The notes: generated from the letters alone by a model not told the origin. 64,000 nt of DNA from an uncultured candidate division Zixibacteria bacterium (GCA_963702205.1 OY969724.1:1344001-1408000); one strand, 5' to 3'; counted from the first letter of the stretch, positions 50,670 to 61,073 are shown. A program made the numbers and translations.

Positions 50670-51206
50670 TTGGCGACTGTCATCAGACTCAAACGAATGG
50701 GAACGAAAAAGAGACCGAGCTATCGCTTCGTATCCGCCGATTCCAGAAGCCCCCGCGATGGACGATTTGTGGAAAACCTGGGTTATTACAATCCGATTGT
50801 GAAACCAGCGCTGGTTAAAATCGATGAAGAGAAAATGACCTATTGGCTCGACCAGGGAGCACAGCCGTCGGAGACGGTCCGGTCTCTGTTGACGCAGGTC
50901 GGGTTTTACGAAAAATATCTGAAAGCCAAAAAAGGCGAGGATGTTTCCGGTATAACCATCTCCGAAACGATTACGGAGCGCAAGAAACGGCGCAAAAAAA
51001 CTAAAGCGTCGCAGGTGGAGGAAGTCAAAGTGGAAACTCCACAAGCTGCCCCCGCTCCGGCCGAACAGCCTAAAGCCGAACAGCCCAAGGCTGAAGAACC
51101 CAAAGCTGAAGCGCCTAAAGCGGAAGAACCTAAGGCCGAGGAGCTTAAAGCTGAGGAGCCCAAAGCCGATGAGCCCAAACCCGAGGAATCCAAAGGCGAA
51201 GAATAA
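50670..51206 (+). CDS. rpsP: 30S ribosomal protein S16 with long C-terminal extension
   Basis: [14 protein letters not shown]...[30 protein letters not shown] start. Confidence 0.95.
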   Translation: MATVIRLKRMGTKKRPSYRFVSADSRSPRDGRFVENLGYYNPIVKPALVKIDEEKMTYWLDQGAQPSETVRSLLTQVGFYEKYLKAKKGEDVSGITISETITERKKRRKKTKASQVEEVKVETPQAAPAPAEQPKAEQPKAEEPKAEAPKAEEPKAEELKAEEPKADEPKPEESKGEE

Positions 51207-51278
51207 AGCGTAATCAAATTCAAACGCGAATTGTTAACTCAGGACCAGTAACCTCTTCTGATTCAAAAGGAGATAGCA

Positions 51279-51509
51279 GTGAAAGAATTCATCGAAACTA
51301 TCGTCAAAGCACTCGTTGACAACCCGGATGAAGTTGATCTGACAGAAGTGCAGGGATCGCGGACTACGGTTTACGAACTTAGAGTCGGGGCCGGGGACCT
51401 GGGTAAAGTTATCGGTAAGCACGGACAAACAGCCAAATCGATTCGCACCCTGATAGCGGCTATTTCCGCCAAGAAGGGCAAGCGGGCCGTTTTGGAGATT
51501 CTGGAATAG
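51279..51509 (+). CDS. khpA: KH domain RNA-binding protein KhpA
   Basis: [19 protein letters not shown]; rpsP-rimM context. Confidence 0.92.
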   Translation: MKEFIETIVKALVDNPDEVDLTEVQGSRTTVYELRVGAGDLGKVIGKHGQTAKSIRTLIAAISAKKGKRAVLEILE

Positions 51510-52043
51510 TTGAAAAAAAGGCCGGATTATATCGTGGTCGGACGGTTCGGCCGTCCGCGTGGTTTGTCCGGGGAAATATTTTTGCAGCCTCTGACCGACA
51601 ATCCGAAGCGTCTGGTTGACTCGGGACGCTTCTGGATGGAGGCAGAAGGAAATTACGTTGAAATATGGTTTTCCGCCGTAAATGAAGTTTCGGGGAAGAC
51701 GGTAGTACGAATAGAAGGAGTGAACGGACCGGAAGAAGCCGGGAAATACAGCAGCCAGTATATTTATATCCGCTCCGAAGAGCTGGGGCAGCCCGCCGAC
51801 GGCAGCTTTTATTATTTCGATCTGATCGACTGCCGGGCGGTTGACCGGTCCGGCGCGGAACTGGGAATCGTGGCCGACGTGGAACAATACCCGGCCAACG
51901 ACGTGCTGGTGATAGAAGACAAAAGCAAGAATTTATTCCGGTTGCCGATGGTAACGCAGTTCATTGTGGACGTTGACCTGGAGAAAAACCAGATAACCAT
52001 AAATCCTCCGGAGGGGATATTTGACTCCCCGGATGAAAATTGA
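51510..52043 (+). CDS. rimM: Ribosome maturation factor RimM
   Basis: VGRFGRPRGLSGE, FYYFDLID, ANDVLVI. Confidence 0.92.
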   Translation: MKKRPDYIVVGRFGRPRGLSGEIFLQPLTDNPKRLVDSGRFWMEAEGNYVEIWFSAVNEVSGKTVVRIEGVNGPEEAGKYSSQYIYIRSEELGQPADGSFYYFDLIDCRAVDRSGAELGIVADVEQYPANDVLVIEDKSKNLFRLPMVTQFIVDVDLEKNQITINPPEGIFDSPDEN

Positions 52044-52788
52044 AATAATAACGCTTTTCCCGGCGTATTTCGACTCGGTTATCGGCCAGTCGATAATTGG
52101 CCGGGGGCGCGAAAAACGGCTCTTTGAAATAGAAATAGTAAACCTGCGCGATTTCACGACGGATCGTCACAAAACCACCGACGATAAACCGTTTGGTGGT
52201 GGAGGAGGGATGGTCCTGATGGTGGAGCCGCTGGATAAATGTCTTAAGGCACTCGGGCACGGTGCCACCGCCACAGATGGCGAGAGGATAGTCCTCACGT
52301 CGGCGGGCGGGAAAGTTTTCAACCAGCCCAAAGCGGTCGAGTTATCGCTTCTGAACCGGTTGACAGTTATCTGCGGCCATTATCTCGGAGTCGATGAAAG
52401 ACTTATGCGGTTGTATGAAATCGAGGAGATGTCAATAGGTGATTATGTGCTGACCGGCGGAGAGCCAGCCGCGGCGGTGATGCTCGATGCGGTCGTGAGA
52501 TTGATCCCGGGTGTACTGGGCAATTTCGAATCGGCGCTGGCCGATTCGCACGTCGAGGAAATCCTCGGAACGCCGGTTTACACGCGGCCGGAAGTGTATG
52601 ACGGGCTAAAAGTCCCGGAGACGCTTCTGGGCGGCAACCACAGGGAGATCGAAATTTTCCGGCGGCGCGAGGCGTTGAAAAAGACCTATTTGAACCGTCC
52701 GGAACTGCTCGATAAAGTCGAGCTGAGTGCCGACGAAAGAAATTTTTTGGATAAGATTAAAAATACCGACAATAACAAGAACGCATAG
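52033..52788 (+). CDS. trmD: tRNA (guanine-N1)-methyltransferase TrmD
   Basis: [34 protein letters not shown]. Confidence 0.96.
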   Translation: MKIEIITLFPAYFDSVIGQSIIGRGREKRLFEIEIVNLRDFTTDRHKTTDDKPFGGGGGMVLMVEPLDKCLKALGHGATATDGERIVLTSAGGKVFNQPKAVELSLLNRLTVICGHYLGVDERLMRLYEIEEMSIGDYVLTGGEPAAAVMLDAVVRLIPGVLGNFESALADSHVEEILGTPVYTRPEVYDGLKVPETLLGGNHREIEIFRRREALKKTYLNRPELLDKVELSADERNFLDKIKNTDNNKNA

Positions 52789-52804
52789 ATTAAAGGTACG
52801 ACCA

Positions 52805-53200
52805 ATGAAACGGATTACGCAAATCGAAAAGAACTTCGTCCGGGATAAAGTGCCGGAGTTTTCATCCGGCGACACGGTGAAGGTCCACGTCAAGATCAAA
52901 GAAGGCGACAAAGAACGCGTCCAGGTTTTTCAGGGTACGGTTATCGGCCGTCGTGGGAGCGGCACCGGCGCCACGTTCACGGTCCGCAAGACGTCCTATG
53001 GCATCGGCATCGAACGTATTTTCCCGCTGCACTCGCCCAATATCGACAAGATCACGCGGGTACGTCAGGGCAAAGTCCGCCGCGCCAAGTTGTACTATCT
53101 TCGTGACCTGACCGGTAAATCGGCCCGTATCGAGGAAAAGCTCGACGACAAATCGAAGAGCAACGACGTCGAGCAGACCGAAGAAGCTTCGGAGGAATAA
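52805..53200 (+). CDS. rplS: 50S ribosomal protein L19
   Basis: [36 protein letters not shown]. Confidence 0.97.
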   Translation: MKRITQIEKNFVRDKVPEFSSGDTVKVHVKIKEGDKERVQVFQGTVIGRRGSGTGATFTVRKTSYGIGIERIFPLHSPNIDKITRVRQGKVRRAKLYYLRDLTGKSARIEEKLDDKSKSNDVEQTEEASEE

Positions 53201-53317
53201 TCTCTTTTCGTGACGCTCGGGCAGATGTGGACAGCCCTCCTGATCTTTTGAAGGATCTGCCACGCACAAAATGGGCTGTCTCCGAGGAATAGGCTTTCTT
53301 ATTTTCAAACAATCTTC

Positions 53318-53342
53318 AAAACCCCGCTTCGGCGGGGTTTTT
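53318..53342 (+). terminator. Intrinsic terminator of the rpsP-rplS operon
   Basis: AAAACCCCGC-TTCG-GCGGGGTTTTT. Confidence 0.88.
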
Positions 53343-53389
53343 GTTTGGACTGATGCACTAATGTCATGACCGGGTGCCCCACCGCTTCA

Positions 53390-53560
53390 GGGCTTGTTGA
53401 AAAAGGGGTACAAATATATTCCGTCAGGTGATTATCCCGACGAAGTCGGGATCGACACCTGATGGCCTCTTTAGCTTCAATGACTTACAATGCGGTCAGG
53501 TCACACGCCCCGATAAATCGGGACGCAGGACCTGACCGAACAGACTTTTTCAACAAGCCC
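53390..53560. mobile_element. MITE copy 2 (TIR GGGCTTGTTGAAAAA)
   Basis: TIRs; CTTCA duplicated on both sides; inserted in the loop of CCCACCGC/GCGGTGGG; interior homologous to 63006-63172. Confidence 0.85.
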
Positions 53561-53708
53561 CTTCAGCGGTGGGAATGACAGCACGACGGGGCGCAATGTC
53601 ATTCCCGCGTACGCGGGAATCCAGGCGTTGGTTTAAAATAAAATGTCAAGCCTCTAAGGAGGCTTGACCTACAAGACTCTTATTCTCACCCCAGAGATTT
53701 CTTGATTA

Positions 53709-55049
53709 TTGGCCCCGCCTCTTGTATTTTTCGGATTAAAAAATGGAAGATATATTTTATTGAACTGGACAAATCCATTCGTCGGGCTGATACCGGAATT
53801 CAGAAATGACAGCGGCAAAAACCTGTTTCAAAACATCCTGTCGCTATCGTTTCTTCAGATTTCCAATTACATCATTCCGCTGATAATATTGCCGTACCTG
53901 ATCCGCGTCATTGGTGTCGAAAAGTACGGCCTGATCGTCTTTGCCCAGGCCATAATGCAGTATTTTGTCATTCTGACCGACTACGGCTTTAATCTGTCGG
54001 CGACAAGGGAAATCTCGGCCAGCCGGGATGATATTGCAAAGGTGTCTGAAATCTTCTGGTCGGTCTCGATAATTAAATTCGTGCTGACACTTCTGGCCTT
54101 CGGAATTTTAATTTTGCTGATCTCTTTGACGACCAAGTTCGGCGACAATACGATTCTTTATTATTACACTTTCGGCATTGTCATCGGCAACCTGCTTTTT
54201 CCGGTCTGGCTTTTTCAGGGTTTGGAAAAGATGAAGCATTCGACCGCGCTATATCTCATCGGGAAAATATTTTATCTGATAACTTTATTCGTATTCGTGC
54301 GGGAGGCGTCGGATTATCTCAACGCCCCGCTTCTTTATTCGGCGGGCCTGGTGCTCTCAGGTTTGATAGCTCTGGTCATAATTTTCGCCAGGTTCCAGCT
54401 GCGGTTGGTTGTCCCACCTATCGCCACAATAAAATATTATTTTAAAGACAGTACACAATTCTTCCTGTCCCAGGTTTCGGTTTCGTTGTATACGACTCTC
54501 AATACGGTCGTGCTCGGCTTCTTCACGACCAACGAGATAGTCGGCTTCTACGCCGCGGCCGAGAAAGTCTTTATCGCCATGCGTTCGGCCATGGCGCCGA
54601 TTGCGCGGGCGGTATATCCGTACATGACCAGCAGGCGAAATCTCAAGCTCTTCAAAAAAATATATTATATTACGTTAATGTTCGCGGTGTTAATCGGAGC
54701 CGGAATTTTTCTGACCAGCGGCGTTATAGTACGTATCGTTTTCGGACCGGGGATGGAGACGTCGGCCTCGGTCCTGAGAGTTTTTTCGATACTTCTGCCG
54801 TTGGCCGCCACGTCGATTTTGCTCGGGTTTCCATTTCTGGCGGCAGTAGGATACAAAAAAGAGGTGAATTCCCTGCTAATTATCGCGTCCGTGATACATA
54901 TTGCTTTAATAGCTTCGATTCTCCCCATTATCGATCCGATCAATGTGGCGCTGGTTTCTTTGGTTACCGAAACAGCCGTGGTTTCGATGATAGTCCGGCA
55001 AATCAGGAAACATAGCCTGTGGCATTCCATACCGGAAACGGGCCAATAA
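53709..55049 (+). CDS. Wzx-type polysaccharide flippase (start may be TTG 53760)
   Basis: NILSLSFLQISNYIIPLIILPYLIRVIG, DYGFNLSATR, WLFQGLEKM, VGFYAAAEK; about 12 TM. Confidence 0.9.
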   Translation: MAPPLVFFGLKNGRYILLNWTNPFVGLIPEFRNDSGKNLFQNILSLSFLQISNYIIPLIILPYLIRVIGVEKYGLIVFAQAIMQYFVILTDYGFNLSATREISASRDDIAKVSEIFWSVSIIKFVLTLLAFGILILLISLTTKFGDNTILYYYTFGIVIGNLLFPVWLFQGLEKMKHSTALYLIGKIFYLITLFVFVREASDYLNAPLLYSAGLVLSGLIALVIIFARFQLRLVVPPIATIKYYFKDSTQFFLSQVSVSLYTTLNTVVLGFFTTNEIVGFYAAAEKVFIAMRSAMAPIARAVYPYMTSRRNLKLFKKIYYITLMFAVLIGAGIFLTSGVIVRIVFGPGMETSASVLRVFSILLPLAATSILLGFPFLAAVGYKKEVNSLLIIASVIHIALIASILPIIDPINVALVSLVTETAVVSMIVRQIRKHSLWHSIPETGQ

Positions 55050-56225
55050 ATGAAGCAGCTTCCCAAAGTCTTCATAATATTCCTTTCGGTTGACTGGAAC
55101 CAGTTCAATCGCCGTGAGATGGTCAAGGCGCTAGCCGACACCGTCGCACCGCACAAGGTCACCGTCATTGCGGTCAATCGGCCGCTTTGTCCGTTCACGA
55201 CGTTTATCAAAAAAAGACATCGCATAAGAGAGCTATTCACCCCGGCAAAGATGGAACGACTTAGCGATAATTTGATTCTTTACAGTCCCAGGTATTTCCT
55301 GCACGACCACGTCGCCGGAAGATTCGGATTTTTGGAAAATCTCAATATAATGGCACTACGAAAATCTTTCGGGGGACTGTTCCGGCGATTGAGTATCAAA
55401 AACTCGCGACCGGTTGTATGGTACTATTACCCTCAGCAGGGATATATCCGGAAAATATTCCGACAGTGTTTTGTCATTTATGAAATGTATGATGCTCTGG
55501 TCGATCTCAAAGGTCGTGCCATTCCGCGGCTGAACACTCTTGAAAAAGCCCTGAGTACCCACGTGGATCTCTTTTTGGCGGAGATTGATTTTATATTTAA
55601 TAGGTATGCCGCCGGGTATAAGAATTCGTGCCTGTTCGGCAATGGACTATCACGAATGACCTTTGAATCTTTGAAACAAATTCCTGCAAGAAAGCGCTCT
55701 GAATACGACCGGCCGCAAATCGGCTACGCCGGGATGGTGTCCGACCGGATCGCCTGGGATTTAATCAGAGAGATAGCCCGGCAAAAGCCCGGCTGGGATT
55801 TCATATTTCACGGTCTTATCGCCGACAGACGTATACCGGGTAGATTCAAGGATATTGACAATATAAAATTTGCTGGCTTATTTACTCAGGGCGATTTGCC
55901 GGCAATATTAGGTAAATTCGACCTCGGAATTTTGCCCTATACTGAAATTGAATTACATACACATATCCATCCCCTGAAATTTTTCGAGTACGCCGCCGCC
56001 GGACTTCCGATCGTTTCATCCTTAAATGACGAACTCAAAGATTTCTCCGGCAAATTGATCCAGATGCCGGCATATGATGCATCAAGCTGGATTGTGGCAA
56101 TTGAGCGGCAGTTATCATCCGACCGCACTGTCCTAAAAAGCATCGGGGTTAAAATTGCCGAGCAGTACGTCTGGGATAACTTGTGCGAGAAATTGATCGA
56201 GAAAATTTCCGAGTTGTGCCGGTGA
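55050..56225 (+). CDS. GT-B glycosyltransferase (TuaH-like)
   Basis: IGYAGMV, FDLGILPY, PLKFFEYAAAGLPIVSS. Confidence 0.85.
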   Translation: MKQLPKVFIIFLSVDWNQFNRREMVKALADTVAPHKVTVIAVNRPLCPFTTFIKKRHRIRELFTPAKMERLSDNLILYSPRYFLHDHVAGRFGFLENLNIMALRKSFGGLFRRLSIKNSRPVVWYYYPQQGYIRKIFRQCFVIYEMYDALVDLKGRAIPRLNTLEKALSTHVDLFLAEIDFIFNRYAAGYKNSCLFGNGLSRMTFESLKQIPARKRSEYDRPQIGYAGMVSDRIAWDLIREIARQKPGWDFIFHGLIADRRIPGRFKDIDNIKFAGLFTQGDLPAILGKFDLGILPYTEIELHTHIHPLKFFEYAAAGLPIVSSLNDELKDFSGKLIQMPAYDASSWIVAIERQLSSDRTVLKSIGVKIAEQYVWDNLCEKLIEKISELCR

Positions 56226-56369
56226 AATTCAATAATCTGACTGTCATGGATTATCTTTTATTGCCATCAGACGGATAATATCAGGGAGTTGGTACTCGAT
56301 TACTGACGTATGTATATACAGAAAAAACCGGCACACGGGTGCGTTTTTAAATCCAAAATACCATACAAT

Positions 56370-56396
56370 GTCATTCCCGACTTGATCGGGAATCCA
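56370..56396 (+). repeat. dRS3-like palindrome GTCATWCCCG-N6-CGGGWATCCA (also 7849-7875 and 53598-53624)
   Basis: Three copies with conserved arms and variable loops, all preceded by AAT. Confidence 0.8.
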
Positions 56397-56609
56397 TCTT
56401 AATTTAATGATCGTCAGACGCCCCTCATCTGACGGCTTTATGGTGATTATTAATACGCTTTGGGGAACCTCCGCCCGACAGCATGCCCAAAATGCCACAA
56501 GCGTCAGGAAGGGATTCCCGACGCCGCTGTAAATTGGATTATTCATCCTATTGTTTCGGTGCCAACCGTCAATTCGATTTGATAGCCACAACATACTCAC
56601 TCACCCGCT

Positions 56610-56681
56610 GGGTGAGCTACAAGATAGGGGTGAGCTACAAGATAAGGGTGAGCTACAAGATAGGGATGAGCAACAAGATAA
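56610..56681 (+). repeat. 18-bp tandem repeat x4 (GGGTGAGCTACAAGATAR)
   Basis: Units at 56610, 56628, 56646, 56664; the last has two substitutions. Confidence 0.92.
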
Positions 56682-56704
56682 GGCCTTTTATAAAGTGCCG
56701 TCAA

Positions 56705-58858
56705 TTAATCTTCGTCGTCATCGTCCGGCGTCGGGGCGGCATCAGGGTCACCGACCTGCATGCGCAGCGCGATTTGCCCATTCAATATGACATCGACCCG
56801 TCTCAGTTGCGGCATGTCCGTGCCATTTTCGACGCCCGCTTCCCTTGCCTGAGATTCACCGTAACCGAACAGGCGATATGACCCGCCATTGGCATCGTCG
56901 TTTACTCTTTCAACGGGAATCGCCAGGCGTTCACCGACAATGTCGAGAATGGTTTGACCGATAAACTGACTCCGCCGCATCGATAAAATATGATTGTGGT
57001 ATCGCGAACCGATCCGGCTGGTAAAACCTTCGATGCGAAGATGAGAATGCGGTGCCTGCAAAAACGCCAGGTTTTTGGCCAGGCAGCAGCCGAGCCTGGT
57101 GCGGCCGTCGGTGAGCGATTGGTCGTCATTCGGCGGTATAAAAACGGGTTGGTTGAATTCGAAAGAGTTCTGGGACATATCATTGGCGTGAGCGACCACC
57201 GAACTGAGCGGGTTAAGGTCGTCCGTGTGAGTTTGATGGCCGTAGTGCGCTCCGGGATGAAAAATGTACCCCTTGAAATATTTGAAATTGACGCCGGCGG
57301 CGATGTCTATGTCGGGCACCCAGCCCGATGGGTCTTCCATTTCGACAATCAAAGGAGGCAGTTCCCCCGAACCAGAGAAGGTAATGGCGTTGCCTTCCCA
57401 TTTCTGTTCCGCGATTCCGAACGGAAATTTAAGTGCCGCCTCGGACGAAAATATTTCGAACCATCCGGGGAAATTGCCCCATGACCACAGGCGCGTCGTG
57501 TGCAGCTTGAATTCGGTGGAATCTCCGGGAACCGGGAGCTCCACGTGGGAGTCGCCGATCTCGATACCGAACAGACCCATGATGCCATCGAATGTAGCGG
57601 TCGCCGTATCGTTTGCTCCATCCAATACCCAGTGCTTGTCCCGGCTGACACAGCGGGTCATGCGCAGATGAAAGAGCCGTCCGCCGATTTTTATGGGAAG
57701 TGGCAGCTTGTCCGTGGAAAGTTCTCCATACGTCATGCGGCAACGGTATTCATAACGGTGAAGATGCTCGGGCAGTACAGGCGGTCCGAACATTTGCCGG
57801 AATTCACGGAACTGCTCGTACTCTCGGCCGCCGGTGTCCATTGTCTCGGCGATATTGTACAGTGCCTCTATAATCGTATGCCGGTCTCCGTCGATCATGA
57901 CGGTCTCTTTCTCCAGCGCGCTGAGAAGATATGCTTTTATCAGAGGAACCTGTGCTTCGCGAAACGGAATACCGCAATGGCACCGCTCGAGCCGGTTGGT
58001 CATGTCCAGACTGCCGCACTGGCATCCGGGCTCCATCAGGGGGATACGTCTGACGGATATAATCTGGCTCATGAAATGGAGCAGGTTGGCGGCCGAGACC
58101 ATCCTTTCGATGCGGCTGCTGCCGTGCGGAATTTGTTTCACCCGGCGCGCGATCGTGTTGTTGACCAGATCGCGCAAAGCCCGTATCTGGTCGGAGCGCA
58201 GCGGCTGTTCCTCGGCCAGACGAATCATCTCCATATCGTTGCTCCGGGCGTCGAGCACCCAGTCGGGCAGACGCGGTTCCCCGGCGCCGCCCATCGAAAC
58301 TTTGGTCAACTTCATGCTGTCGAACCTGATAGGTACAAGACCGGTTGACGTATACTGTCGGTCCAGGTGAATATATGCTATAAGGGCGTTTCGAATTTCA
58401 AGACGACCGGCGATAGTGCGAAATCTTCGTCTCCGGCCGTCGGTGTCGAACCGTACAGCAATATGGCCGCTGCCGTCGGCGTGCCCGTGAAAATCCCCCA
58501 TAACGGCTGCGCTTGTTTGCATAACCTCAACCCCGAGCACGGTCGCAGCGTAGACCGGATCGACCTGAAACCAGCCGTAAACATAATTCCCCGTCTGGTT
58601 TATCTGGGCGGTTAATTGAGGGTAACGGCCGGACTCACGGTCGGTCCAGCAATTTTCAAAACGCCCGGTCAGGTTTGGGACCTGGTCGTCCGGATGGGAC
58701 GGCGGATCTTCGGTCAGATGGCTGCGGCTGCACGAATTGAATTCGATTCTCTCGCCCGAGCGGCCGCGCAAGCGCACGCCGATGCCGCGCATTTCGTCGG
58801 TGATCTCCACGTGCAGGGTCCGATCATCGCTGCTATATTCATAATCGACTTCGTACAT
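56705..58858 (-). CDS. 717-aa protein with C-terminal OmpA-like domain and unknown N-terminus, no signal peptide
   Basis: FEFNQP...LRIEGFTSRIGSRYHNHILSMRRS...FGYGES...RRVDV; start coupled to the upstream stop (TAATG). Confidence 0.8.
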   Translation of the reverse strand: MYEVDYEYSSDDRTLHVEITDEMRGIGVRLRGRSGERIEFNSCSRSHLTEDPPSHPDDQVPNLTGRFENCWTDRESGRYPQLTAQINQTGNYVYGWFQVDPVYAATVLGVEVMQTSAAVMGDFHGHADGSGHIAVRFDTDGRRRRFRTIAGRLEIRNALIAYIHLDRQYTSTGLVPIRFDSMKLTKVSMGGAGEPRLPDWVLDARSNDMEMIRLAEEQPLRSDQIRALRDLVNNTIARRVKQIPHGSSRIERMVSAANLLHFMSQIISVRRIPLMEPGCQCGSLDMTNRLERCHCGIPFREAQVPLIKAYLLSALEKETVMIDGDRHTIIEALYNIAETMDTGGREYEQFREFRQMFGPPVLPEHLHRYEYRCRMTYGELSTDKLPLPIKIGGRLFHLRMTRCVSRDKHWVLDGANDTATATFDGIMGLFGIEIGDSHVELPVPGDSTEFKLHTTRLWSWGNFPGWFEIFSSEAALKFPFGIAEQKWEGNAITFSGSGELPPLIVEMEDPSGWVPDIDIAAGVNFKYFKGYIFHPGAHYGHQTHTDDLNPLSSVVAHANDMSQNSFEFNQPVFIPPNDDQSLTDGRTRLGCCLAKNLAFLQAPHSHLRIEGFTSRIGSRYHNHILSMRRSQFIGQTILDIVGERLAIPVERVNDDANGGSYRLFGYGESQAREAGVENGTDMPQLRRVDVILNGQIALRMQVGDPDAAPTPDDDDED

Positions 58859-59844
58859 TATCCTGAGTCCGAATCATCGTTTTCGTTTTCATCCGGCACG
58901 ATTTGAAAGTCATACGGTCCGGGAGGGATATCGTCCAACCGGACAAGGCCGGTATCGTCGAGTTTGCCTTCTTTTGTGGATCCGTCGGCGAGAAAGATTT
59001 TATACTTTTGTCCCCCCGCCGGATTGCCTTGATCGTCGAACCCGATCAGTTCGATCCAGTCCTTGAACTGCAGCAAACCCGAGGCCTGGTCGGATTTGCC
59101 GAATTCCTGGCCCTCGATGGTGATCGTAAAGAAATACTCAGGCGGATTATAACCTTTGCCGTACTGCTGACGCTCCTGCTCGGTTGCGATTTCATCGGTG
59201 TCCTCGAAATATTGATACTCCCATTCGACCTTGATTTTACCGTTTTCGACGGTCGAGATCATCTCGGTAATCAGATCGCAAGCGCCATCGCGATCGAATT
59301 CATAGATTTTGACGACGGCATCGGTGGCATCGGGGATATTCTTTACTTTCGCCGAAAGGGCGACCAGTTCACCCCGTCGGGCCGTATCGGAACTCCATTT
59401 CATTTCGGATATTCTGATTGGCAGGATCGCCGGAATCCGGTCCGATTCCCCAGACAGACCCTGCTTCGATAATTTTACTTCAAAATAAATTTGATCTCCG
59501 TCGTCGACGTCATCGGGGACGTCGAATTCGCCGACCGCCCGGTTGGATGTGATCTTTATTTCAAGGCTGCCCAGCTTTTTGCCGTTGGCGTTTTTCACTT
59601 TTATTTTGGCCGGAGAGCCGTAACCGACCAGGCTGGTTCCTATTTCAAATGAAATTTTTCCGCCGGCGGGCGCGGTTCCTGAGACCCAGTTGGCGTAAAG
59701 CAGGTGCGAGTCGAGCGTTACCTTATGTTCGGCATCGGTCGATTTAGAGACTTGTACCTGACACTTACTAATTCCTTCTTGGTCGGTACGATTTGATACG
59801 ATCCCGATCCCTTTATATTTTCTAGAAATGCAAACATATACCAA
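58858..59844 (-). CDS. Beta-rich acidic protein with C-terminal transthyretin-like domain resembling VgrG/injection-system extensions (true start uncertain)
   Basis: C-terminus DWIELIGFDDQGNPAGGQKYKIFLADGSTKEGKLDDTGLVRLDDIPPGPY. Confidence 0.72.
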   Translation of the reverse strand: MVYVCISRKYKGIGIVSNRTDQEGISKCQVQVSKSTDAEHKVTLDSHLLYANWVSGTAPAGGKISFEIGTSLVGYGSPAKIKVKNANGKKLGSLEIKITSNRAVGEFDVPDDVDDGDQIYFEVKLSKQGLSGESDRIPAILPIRISEMKWSSDTARRGELVALSAKVKNIPDATDAVVKIYEFDRDGACDLITEMISTVENGKIKVEWEYQYFEDTDEIATEQERQQYGKGYNPPEYFFTITIEGQEFGKSDQASGLLQFKDWIELIGFDDQGNPAGGQKYKIFLADGSTKEGKLDDTGLVRLDDIPPGPYDFQIVPDENENDDSDSG

Positions 59845-59961
59845 ATTGGTACATCTTTATGCCAGATATACGGAATCGATCTAATGGTCATTTGTCCGGA
59901 ATTGAAATCCACAATTGAGAAAACCGTAATTCGGGCCGGTTTTTCATCTTCTTTATATCAA

Positions 59962-59990
59962 TTGACAGTCGTGATATTCCTTAGTAGATT
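59962..59990 (+). promoter_or_regulatory. sigma70-type promoter of the pgsA operon (near-leaderless)
   Basis: TTGACA-17 nt-TAGATT-9 nt-ATG; no SD. Confidence 0.65.
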
Positions 59991-59999
59991 CCGCCTGTC

Positions 60000-60584
60000 A
60001 TGAATATGCCCAATAAACTGACCCTGACCAGGATTATTCTGGCCCCGGTGTTTATGACCTTCTTCCTGGCCGAAAATCCATACAGCCGGGTATTCGGCTG
60101 TATCCTCTATTTTATTGCGGCCCTTACTGATCTGGCCGACGGCCATTATGCCCGCAAATACGGGATCGTAACCGGTTTCGGCAAATTCATGGACCCGCTG
60201 GCCGACAAAATCCTGGTGGCGTCGGCCTTTATCGCGCTCGTTTCACTTCATTACGCCCGGGCCTGGATGGTTATGCTGATCGTTTCGCGGGAGTTCTTTG
60301 TAACCGGCCTGCGAATGCTGGCGGCTTACAAGGGACGAGTCATCTCACCGACCTTTCTGGCCAAGATCAAGACCGTGATGCAGATGGTCACGATCACGAT
60401 TATCCTGCTGGTTATCACATTCGACGTGCTCTTTCGCCAGTTCCCGAGCCCGCTGGCGGCCGTGCTCGATTTCAATCAGCAGCTGACATTCGATATTTTG
60501 ATGGGTGCGACGACATTTATCACCCTGTATACCGGGGTGGATTATATGATAAAATATTATGGTTTGATGAAAAGCTCGCTGTAA
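60000..60584 (+). CDS. pgsA: CDP-diacylglycerol-glycerol-3-phosphate phosphatidyltransferase
   Basis: PNKLTLTRI, TDLADGHYAR...GKFMDPLADK. Confidence 0.95.
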   Translation: MNMPNKLTLTRIILAPVFMTFFLAENPYSRVFGCILYFIAALTDLADGHYARKYGIVTGFGKFMDPLADKILVASAFIALVSLHYARAWMVMLIVSREFFVTGLRMLAAYKGRVISPTFLAKIKTVMQMVTITIILLVITFDVLFRQFPSPLAAVLDFNQQLTFDILMGATTFITLYTGVDYMIKYYGLMKSSL

Positions 60585-61046
60585 ATGAGATTTAAAGACG
60601 CTGTCATAAAATTTCTGGCCACGGGTTTTTATTCGGGATGCAGCCCGATTGTCCCCGGGACGACCGGCACCATCCCGGCCTGGCTGATCGCCTTTTTTCT
60701 GATCCGGGGCAATACTATGATCCTCGGCATAACGGCGGCGGTTATGACGCTTCTATCGGTGATAATCGCCTCAATTGCCGAGGGTATTCTGGGACACGAT
60801 TCCAAAAAAATAGTAGTCGATGAATGGGCCGGGATGTTTATAACGCTTTTGTTCGTGCCCTACAGCCTGACCAATTACATGATCGCTTTCGTGGCGTTTC
60901 GGGGATTCGATGCCATCAAGGTTTACCCCGCCGATATAGCCGAAAGACTTCCGAGAGGCTGGGGAGTGACGGCCGACGACGTCGTCGCGGGAATACAGGC
61001 CAACATTCTGACTTACATAGTAATTTATATTTTAAGTGTGCTATAA
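60585..61046 (+). CDS. pgpA: Phosphatidylglycerophosphatase A
   Basis: PGTTGT, IVVDEWAG, FRGFD, GVTADDVVAG. Confidence 0.93.
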   Translation: MRFKDAVIKFLATGFYSGCSPIVPGTTGTIPAWLIAFFLIRGNTMILGITAAVMTLLSVIIASIAEGILGHDSKKIVVDEWAGMFITLLFVPYSLTNYMIAFVAFRGFDAIKVYPADIAERLPRGWGVTADDVVAGIQANILTYIVIYILSVL

Positions 61047-61073
61047 ATTCGGAGATTGTATAATTATTTAGTT

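Noticed and set aside
56610..56681. CRISPR array
   Set aside because: Contiguous 18-bp units with no unique spacers, and no cas genes
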